From positions 1-44,873 of the forward strand of contig DASQFV010000099.1 of the NCBI GenBank assembly GCA_035632975.1: a stretch of DNA of 44,873 bases, given 5' to 3'. The notes beneath the pieces were generated by a model. The model was not told where the DNA came from. It saw only the letters and a program-made list of their open reading frames with translations, and did not search any database. The translations under genes and the position numbers were made by a program. This stretch comes from Nitrospiraceae bacterium (GTDB lineage Bacteria > Nitrospirota > Nitrospiria > Nitrospirales > Nitrospiraceae). The stretch's first letter is position 1, and the number at the start of each line of letters is the position of its first letter. This document shows positions 26,737 through 33,592 of this stretch, in pieces.

Positions 26737-26886
26737 ATGGAAACGGAATGGGTGGGTTATGGAATGTCGCTGGGAAGCTGGCTCATCATGGCCGGCATGG
26801 CGATCGGTGTAGTCGTACTCGGCTGGTGGTTTTTCTTGCCAAACCCGATGGCTAAAGACAGGAAGGACAGGAATAAGAAGCCCTAA
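26737..26886 (+). CDS. Small (49 aa) single-pass membrane protein, absent from the ORF track
   Basis: AAGGAG at 26724-26729 lies 7 nt before the ATG at 26737. The product is METEWVGYGMSLGSWLIMAGMAIGVVVLGWWFFLPNPMAKDRKDRNKKP, a hydrophobic core followed by a basic tail. Confidence 0.5.
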   Translation: METEWVGYGMSLGSWLIMAGMAIGVVVLGWWFFLPNPMAKDRKDRNKKP

Positions 26887-27017
26887 CCCGACTATAAGTA
26901 TTCTCCTCCACCTTGGTCTTCGCCATCGCCAGAGTCATCCAACGTAACGGGGGTTCACCGGTTGCCGGAACGCGCAGCGCGGTGGATACCCAATGGCAAC
27001 GAAGTTGAGCGGTCGGT

Positions 27018-27461
27018 TCAACCCTCTGGTTGGGCACTTTCACCGTGTAGGTGCTGGTTCAGCGCTACTCCAAGCTCTTGGCATTTATTCATGAGGCCTT
27101 CATAGCTCTTGAGGTTGGCGCTGTACTCAGCCGTTGGATACTTGCTCAGATCACCTTGGCTCTTCTCGTAGAACTGCCCGCAGATCTCCCGGAGAGCTTG
27201 GACAGCTTCGAGCAACGCCGCCGTGTATTGGTGGGAACCCTCCAAAGACCCTGACTCTACCTTCAATGCTGATGATAGAGCAGCCAGTTCGGACGCCAAC
27301 CGACCGAGGTCTCTAAAGAGGGTCCCAAAGTCAGTGGCCTTGAAGAGTCCTGGAATTGGGAGTGCCTTGCGCCACGAAAACTTGAAGATCGTGTCGTGGA
27401 TCGCGGCGTACTCGCGAAGGATTGCGTTCGCTCGGATCACTTCCTCCGGAAGGTCCGGCAT
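27018..27461 (-). CDS. Hypothetical helical protein
   Basis: 147-aa ORF with no recognisable motif. It is co-oriented with the neighbouring small genes. Confidence 0.45.
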   Translation of the reverse strand: MPDLPEEVIRANAILREYAAIHDTIFKFSWRKALPIPGLFKATDFGTLFRDLGRLASELAALSSALKVESGSLEGSHQYTAALLEAVQALREICGQFYEKSQGDLSKYPTAEYSANLKSYEGLMNKCQELGVALNQHLHGESAQPEG

Positions 27462-27568
27462 GTGTCACCCCACGAGAATGTGCCTAATGACCCACGCTGA
27501 CCGACCCGGCCCACGAGGAGCGTGGATTGCAACCACAGCGCGATAACCGGGTTTACTGCAGCGCATGA

Positions 27569-27787
27569 CTAGGCATCATCTCTGTTTCGTTTCTCTTGTT
27601 TCCAAGCTCCCCAGGCATAGTAAAAGCCCAACGGCGCACTGATGGCACAAATCCAGGCCAGAACGGGCCAAGTCGAATCCACGAACAGCACAACGGCAAA
27701 CACGGTATAGAGGACCCCCCCAACGAAGTAGACGTACCAAGAAATCTTGCCCTTTCTCTTTAAAGGTGTGTCGATTGGCGAAGTCAT
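27569..27787 (-). CDS. Small two-TM membrane protein
   Basis: 72 aa, with two hydrophobic helices (WYVYFVGGVLYTVFAVVLFV and VLAWICAISAPLGFYYAWGAW). Confidence 0.5.
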   Translation of the reverse strand: MTSPIDTPLKRKGKISWYVYFVGGVLYTVFAVVLFVDSTWPVLAWICAISAPLGFYYAWGAWKQEKRNRDDA

Positions 27788-27870
27788 TCGAGTGCCCCAA
27801 TGCGTCCTGTGATGCCTAACTATGTATTATCCGGTTTCGTATAACAAGCCACTTGCTCTTCATCCGAAAC

Positions 27871-27899
27871 CTCTACGTTCGACGATTCACGTTTCACGG
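27871..27899 (+). repeat. Tandem heptamer repeat (CTCTACG TTCGACG ATTCACG TTTCACG)
   Basis: Four 7-nt units in the intergenic region upstream of the minus-strand gene 27569-27787. Confidence 0.6.
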
Positions 27900-27912
27900 A
27901 TTGCTGGACGGG

Positions 27913-28407
27913 TTAGCCATCGACTTGGCCGCCTGATTCACGAACGCGCTGCACAATATACGCCTGCGTTTCTGGCGACAAGCACGCGAGCGGCAACGTA
28001 CTGAACTGTGACTTGGAGTACAGCAGAAGCCATACTCTAGGGAACTGCCACAGCTCTTTGACGGCGGACCACTGAAGCGTTGTAGGGCCAATGTCCGAAC
28101 TTATGGTGAACGAAGACTCGTCGGCACGGAACGTGGCTTGAGGCTGGTCCATCTGGTGGAACTTGCGCAGCGAGTTGCGGTAGTGAACGACGTAGACAAC
28201 CGTGACGAACGCGATGCCCAGCACCAGCACGGCCGCAAGCGTACCGACAATCCAGGAGGCCATGCCTAACGCAACAAGTACGCCGAGACCGAGTGCGGCA
28301 ACAAGAAGCGCAACGAAAAAGCCGACGCCTACGGAGCGCCGCCAAAATGCGAACACCGCGTGACGCAGAAGCGCCTCGCTGTAGATGAGTGTGGCTTCGT
28401 GGGACAT
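27913..28407 (-). CDS. YcxB-like membrane protein
   Basis: Two TM helices, then a soluble domain FRADESSFTISSDIGPTTLQWSAVKELWQFPRVWLLLYSKSQFSTLPLACL, typical of the YcxB family. The ATG at 28407 is preferred over 28635. Confidence 0.55.
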   Translation of the reverse strand: MSHEATLIYSEALLRHAVFAFWRRSVGVGFFVALLVAALGLGVLVALGMASWIVGTLAAVLVLGIAFVTVVYVVHYRNSLRKFHQMDQPQATFRADESSFTISSDIGPTTLQWSAVKELWQFPRVWLLLYSKSQFSTLPLACLSPETQAYIVQRVRESGGQVDG

Positions 28408-28669
28408 GGCGGCTATCGATCCAAGCGCTGCGACCGGGCCCGCAACAGGCTCGGATTGCCGCCGAAACACAATGGCCTGATTCGCTCCAGCAAATGGGTA
28501 GGTGGCGTGGTCATGGCCCCAATTTACCAAGCCAGAGGGATTGAATGCTACTGGTCCGCATGATTCAACATGGTTGGTCTCGACTGCCACGCCGTCTGCG
28601 GTTGTCCCTGTCCCGATGCTTTCCGACGGCAACAACTCCGGCGACAGGATTGAATGTTCGGCGACGGCG

Positions 28670-29032
28670 CTATTTTATTTCGGGAATCGGAGGCGCTTGA
28701 AGAAGGGGGGAAAGCAATTCTTCTTTTGCGTTGAGGATCCCAAGCCAGCGAAGGGCGTCATCCAGTTTCCGGAAGATCTCTAGCTGGTCAGTCGGTTCGT
28801 CCCGCAAAATTTTGTACATGCGTGCCATGCCGAACAACACGTCGCTCGTCACCACCACGGCGCGTCGGGAACCGTCCCCGTAGGGATTCAGCCTCGCCAT
28901 TTCTCTGACAGTGGAAGCAGTGACTTCGACATCCGTCACATCACGCAAGGCAGCGAGTTGGTGAAAGTGCCGTACAAAGCGTGGGTCGACGGTCAACGCA
29001 CGTACGTGGGCCAGAAGCTCCCCATCAGTCAA
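28670..29032 (-). CDS. Hypothetical protein, possibly 5'-truncated or frameshifted
   Basis: The start is TTG, and the frame stays open and homologous-looking (IARGWGVL) back to a TAG at 29054-29056. An ATG at 29121 opens a different frame that runs into this point. Confidence 0.4.
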   Translation of the reverse strand: MTDGELLAHVRALTVDPRFVRHFHQLAALRDVTDVEVTASTVREMARLNPYGDGSRRAVVVTSDVLFGMARMYKILRDEPTDQLEIFRKLDDALRWLGILNAKEELLSPLLQAPPIPEIK

Positions 29033-29155
29033 GACACCCCATCCGCGGGCAATCTACGGCAGTTCACAGGGGCCTGCAAGAGGGGGGATGAGCGCGGGAA
29101 GACGAGGCTGTTGCGAATCATAGCGCGCCGGGTGAGCCGCTGGTTGGAGCCTGGC

Positions 29156-29548
29156 TCATTTGTCTTCTACCGTATTCGACAGACGAAAGCGCGAGAGTTC
29201 GGCTCGCAACCAGCCACCGCTAGTCACCTTGATTTGGCCAGGGCACTGAACGAAGTAATGTTCTCCACTCATCCTACTGCTTGATGCCGCACGTTCGATA
29301 AAGTCTTCAGCAGAGTTGACCATCGATCTCTCCATCAGATATTCGTATTTCCCTTCAAGGTGGGCGCGAGCTTCCTTCGGTTCATGCCATGTCCCGTTCC
29401 GCAAGAAGGTGCAGCCTGAGTGTTCGAGGTAGGCAAGAAGATGGGCGATCTCTCGCTGCGACGTAGCCGAGCGCTCAGCGGCGTGCAGGGATGAGCACAG
29501 TAGGAGCACCGCCACAAACGTCACACACCATGAGCTAGGGCGAGCCAT
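29156..29548 (-). CDS. DUF5329-like secreted protein
   Basis: Signal peptide from MARPSSW, then REIAHLLAYLEHSGCTFLRNGTWHEPKEARAHLEGKYEYL...SAEDFIERAASSSRMSGEHYFVQC. Confidence 0.6.
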   Translation of the reverse strand: MARPSSWCVTFVAVLLLCSSLHAAERSATSQREIAHLLAYLEHSGCTFLRNGTWHEPKEARAHLEGKYEYLMERSMVNSAEDFIERAASSSRMSGEHYFVQCPGQIKVTSGGWLRAELSRFRLSNTVEDK

Positions 29549-29655
29549 GATAATTGCCGCGCTGTAACTGTCGAGTGGGCTGTGAGAAGGATCGTAGGCC
29601 TGTGATCTCTGTCGAATCAAAGGTCCGGACACTATCATCGCTTATGGGAACAGTG

Positions 29656-30199
29656 TCAAGCACTTGTGCGTGAGCATACTGCTATTGGCCTGAGACTTCG
29701 CGTACCTTTCTCGGTTGAGCATCTTCGCTCAGAATACCCATCGACAACGATGTCGGCGATGACACGATCGTAGATTCTTTTGGGCTGTGTACGCTTTGGA
29801 AAGAGTCTTCTGTGACGCCCAGCGTAGTTACTCAGCAGGTCCGCTTGTTTGCGAATCCTGCTGTCGCTGAATTTCTGGGGCCGCGAATGGATGACGGGGC
29901 AACGTCGACTTGAGGCTTTGGCCCAATGAGCGATGGGTTCCCTTCGCGTTCTTGTGCGGACGCAATCCTTTCTCGCGGTGAAGTCGATGAGGACGAAGAT
30001 CGCTTCCCGCCCGTGCGTCTGGTTTCCGGCAGAGGTCACAAGACGGTCGAAGCTCAGACTCGGTTGTCCCGGGAGCCAAGGGCCTTGTGGACAATGATGA
30101 GTGTGGGACAGTCGATGGTTGTGCTGGGACCTGATGGGGGAAGATCAGGACGCAGCAGACGGCGATGAGTGCACCAAACGTGGTTCGACCTTCTGCCAT
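29656..30199 (-). pseudogene. Ambiguous, possibly degraded coding region
   Basis: A signal-peptide-like start (MAEGRTTFGALIAVCCVLIFP, ATG 30199) is followed by low-complexity R/P/S/H-rich sequence. A second overlapping frame (29656-30039) is also open. Neither frame has a recognisable domain. Confidence 0.2.
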
Positions 30200-30326
30200 G
30201 ATGCTTACGGAAGGCACACTCCATGCCAGAGTGGTCTGGTTGACAATACAAAAATCCGCATGCTGGAATGACAACGTTTCTCATCGCTCGTATCTCGTCG
30301 TTCGCGAGATACGTTCACGAGTTCTG

Positions 30327-30341
30327 CTTCACGATTTCACG
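30327..30341 (+). repeat. Heptamer motif pair (CTTCACG ATTTCACG) abutting a Shine-Dalgarno sequence
   Basis: It lies directly 5' of the GGAGG at 30342 and the ATG at 30351. A further CGTTCACG is at 30312. Confidence 0.5.
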
Positions 30342-30350
30342 GAGGCTCCT

Positions 30351-30581
30351 ATGGATATGATGGGACGTGTGGGGCTGATCGAGATTCCGATCTTGATCGC
30401 ACCCGATCAAAAGGTCTGGATGGATCGCATGATTAAGGAAGGCAAGATCGCGATTCCTCCAGGTGGGACGCTGGAGAAAGGCTCGCTCTATTCGATGTTT
30501 GTCCGGATGCTTCTGCATAACGCGATGGAAGAACAGAAGCGACAGGAGGTGCTTGACGCGGAAGACGAGGACGACGAATAG
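30351..30581 (+). CDS. Small hypothetical protein with acidic C-terminus
   Basis: GGAGG lies 4 nt upstream of the ATG at 30351. The product is 76 aa and ends in DAEDEDDE. The longer 30165 start lacks support. Confidence 0.45.
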   Translation: MDMMGRVGLIEIPILIAPDQKVWMDRMIKEGKIAIPPGGTLEKGSLYSMFVRMLLHNAMEEQKRQEVLDAEDEDDE

Positions 30582-30582
30582 C

Positions 30583-30704
30583 CAGGATGTTGAAAGCCGC
30601 CGCCGGCTGCGTTCTCGCATCGAGCAAGGCCTCAACGTACTCCGAGTACGCCTCGGCCTTGCTCTCCGCTGCGGCCTTGCCGGACGACAGCTTTAAACAC
30701 CCTG
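30583..30704 (+). repeat. Repeat family B, copy 2
   Basis: Aligns with 44602-44725 and with the reverse complement of 5223-5344. It begins 1 nt after the TAG stop at 30579-30581. Confidence 0.85.
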
Positions 30705-30812
30705 GTAAAAACAATGCTGTACCGAAACCGCTTCGGCGAGTATCTCTCTGGATACAGCCGCAACGAGCAGCCACAAGCTCTTCGGCCTCTGGCATATGCC
30801 ATCTCCTATCGG

Positions 30813-32096
30813 CTATAAGCCCTTCATTGCGGAGCGGGCGGCTTTGATCGTGTATTCGATATCACGGGTCGAGTGAGCGGTCGAGAGGAAGGCGGCCTCG
30901 AATTGAGAAGGGGGCAAGTACACCCCCTGTTCCAGCATCGCGTGAAAGAATTGCCCGTATTGCTTCGTGTCCGACAGTTTCGCGGTATTCCAATCCACCA
31001 CCGGGCCTGACGTAAAGAAGGCCCCAAGTATCGAGCCGACTCTGGTTTGCGTGAGCGGCACACCGGCTTTCTTGGCCGCGTCACCAATCCCTTTGGCCAG
31101 AGCTGCTGATTTCTCTTCCAGCATCTTGTAGACCCCGCGGGCCTTGAGTTGCTTGAGCGTTTCTATGCCGGCGGATACGGCTAACGGATTTCCCGACAAC
31201 GTCCCTGCCTGATAGACCGGCCCCAACGGCGCGATCAGATCCATGATCTCTTTCCGCCCTCCATAGGCGCCGACCGGCAATCCTCCGCCGATGATTTTCC
31301 CCAGCACCGTCAGATCAGGAGTAATGCTGTAAAGCGTTTGGGCTCCCCCGTAGCTCACGCGAAAGCCGGAGATCACTTCATCGAAAATCAATAAGATATC
31401 GTTCTCCGTCGTCAACTGGCGCAACCCCTGGAGAAATCCAGGCGTCGGCGGCACGACGCCCATGTTCGCCGCGATCGGCTCCAGAATAATACAGGCCAAC
31501 GTACTCCGATGTTCCTTGACGATCTGTTGAACCGCTCGGATGTCGTTGTACGGGACGGTCAAGGTGTGCTTCGCAAAGTCAGCCGGAACTCCAAGCGAAT
31601 CCGGGATCCCCAACGTGGCCAGACCTGAACCGGCCTTCGCCAGCAAATAATCGCTGTGGCCGTGATAGCACCCTTCAAATTTCAGAATACTGTCTCGCTT
31701 CGTAAAGCCACGCGCGACACGGATCGCGCTCATGACCGCCTCGGTGCCGGAGCTGACCAGCCTGACCTTTTCCATCGATGGGAAGGCCTGGTGGATCATG
31801 CGGGCGAGAATGACTTCCAGTTCGGTCGGCGCGCCGTAACTGGTTCCGTTTGCGGCGGCCTTCTTGATGGTGCTGATGACCGATGGGAAGGCATGGCCCA
31901 AAATCATCGGACCCCATGACAGGACATAGTCGATGTAGATGTTCCCATCGACGTCGTAGAGGCGTGCGCCTTTGGCGCGCTTAATAAACCGGGGTGGGCC
32001 TCCGACGGAGCGAAAGGCGCGCACCGGACTGTTTACGCCCCCGGGAATCAACTGCTGCGCATCGGCAAACAGCTTGGCTGAACGAGTGGTTTTCAT
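30813..32096 (-). CDS. hemL: Glutamate-1-semialdehyde 2,1-aminomutase
   Basis: [23 protein letters not shown], and the PLP lysine context [19 protein letters not shown]. Confidence 0.95.
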   Translation of the reverse strand: MKTTRSAKLFADAQQLIPGGVNSPVRAFRSVGGPPRFIKRAKGARLYDVDGNIYIDYVLSWGPMILGHAFPSVISTIKKAAANGTSYGAPTELEVILARMIHQAFPSMEKVRLVSSGTEAVMSAIRVARGFTKRDSILKFEGCYHGHSDYLLAKAGSGLATLGIPDSLGVPADFAKHTLTVPYNDIRAVQQIVKEHRSTLACIILEPIAANMGVVPPTPGFLQGLRQLTTENDILLIFDEVISGFRVSYGGAQTLYSITPDLTVLGKIIGGGLPVGAYGGRKEIMDLIAPLGPVYQAGTLSGNPLAVSAGIETLKQLKARGVYKMLEEKSAALAKGIGDAAKKAGVPLTQTRVGSILGAFFTSGPVVDWNTAKLSDTKQYGQFFHAMLEQGVYLPPSQFEAAFLSTAHSTRDIEYTIKAARSAMKGL

Positions 32097-32361
32097 AATG
32101 GGGGCGCACAGTATCACGCAGTCGAGCCTCGGTCAAGAATGAGGAGGATTATGCGGTGTGATTAAGGCGACCGGGGCCAAAAAATGTCTGAAGAGAAGCG
32201 GTTCTCAACATTTTTGGTACAGGCCGTTTTGCTGCGAGGCAGGGACTGTTCGTAATCCCTTGCAAATGTGCCGATTCATGCTACCAATCGAGAGCGGCTC
32301 GACTCTTGCCTAGTTAGGCAGGTATTATCCGCAATTCTAGAGAGCGATTAAGGGATCAGCG

Positions 32362-32601
32362 ATGAAGATTGTCTGTTCGTGGTGCCGACAAGAAGGGAAA
32401 CCCGAGCTGGTGGGTGAGAAGGTGCCTCTCGACGATGCTCGGGAAACACATGGGATTTGCGTCGTTCATCGCCACGACCTCGAAGCCCGCTGGCAGGCAT
32501 CGATTCACACAGCCCCACACTCTGAAGTCGCGACCGGAATATCTTCTGCGCTTTTCCGCTGGACAGGCTTGCTGAACGTGACCAAGAAGATGCGACCGTA
32601 G
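32362..32601 (+). CDS. Small Cys/His-rich protein (putative zinc-binding)
   Basis: MKIVCSWCRQEGK...THGICVVHRH, preceded by an AAGGGA Shine-Dalgarno-like sequence. Confidence 0.45.
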   Translation: MKIVCSWCRQEGKPELVGEKVPLDDARETHGICVVHRHDLEARWQASIHTAPHSEVATGISSALFRWTGLLNVTKKMRP

Positions 32602-32670
32602 GACAGGAGCATCTTCTGGTCAATCCCGCCGGCTTCAATCTTACCGTTCGGCGAAGGAGAATAATGCGGG

Positions 32671-33219
32671 TTAGGTCCGTCTTGAAGGAGTCCTACGCCG
32701 TATTCCCAGCTCCCGAGTCGGTTCCGCATTGATTTCTTTCATCCCCCAGTGGGCTCGCTTGGCTTTTTCCCGCTCCGATACAGCGAACAGCACGTGAAAG
32801 GGCGTTGCTCGTCGCGCGCCCATTTCCGCTTGTTCGTTTCCCCAGGCTTCTCCCGCATCCCTCAAGATCTCAAGGAAAGTTTCATACTCTGCTTCGTCGT
32901 CGGATAATACATGGGCCGCATCGGTGATGAGCAGAATATAGCCCTTGGCCGGCAGCCATTCCAGATCGGCCAGACATTCCTCCAAGGCGTCCCAGTTGTG
33001 GCCGAAGTAGTCGGGGAACTCCAATGCCCGTGCGAATTCCGCAAACAGATTTGCCGGCGTCCTGCAGTGACGGCCCTGGATGACCTTCAGCGACAACCCG
33101 GTCGGAGGGCGCACCAGCGATTCGGCGCGCCGCCCGGTTGTGACCATCAGCAATGAGGTCCATGGGGCCTTCGTCGATTGGAGATAGGCGGTCAATGGCA
33201 CTGTGTGTTTCGGAGTCAT
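32671..33219 (-). CDS. Barstar-family ribonuclease inhibitor-like protein with N- and C-terminal extensions
   Basis: NLFAEFARALEFPDYFGHNWDALEECLADLEWL matches the barstar core (fP.YfG.NwDAl.dcL). Confidence 0.7.
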   Translation of the reverse strand: MTPKHTVPLTAYLQSTKAPWTSLLMVTTGRRAESLVRPPTGLSLKVIQGRHCRTPANLFAEFARALEFPDYFGHNWDALEECLADLEWLPAKGYILLITDAAHVLSDDEAEYETFLEILRDAGEAWGNEQAEMGARRATPFHVLFAVSEREKAKRAHWGMKEINAEPTRELGIRRRTPSRRT

Positions 33220-33592
33220 GGTGTCTCACTCAATGGCATGAACGTTCGGGCCCTGCGGACTGAACGGACGGGACAGAGGCAGACGGTACAGTCGGTTCAG
33301 ACGACGAGTATTCCATAAATCTTCCAAGTTCCATCCATAGTTTCGCGTTCGTATTTCGGGGCGAGGCAGCACGGTACGAACCCTAGCACGCACGATCTGG
33401 GAGGATCAACGGGCGTGAAAGAAGTGGGCGTTCGAGGTCGGGAATTGTTGCTATCGCTCATTCGCCAGCGTAGCATCCAATGTATGCATCCTGTTGAGGA
33501 TGTTCGCCAGTCCGGCATCTCCCGGCCACCATACGGGCAGATCGGGCAGGCACGATGCTGACTTACGCTAGGACGAGCCAACGAGGTACAGA

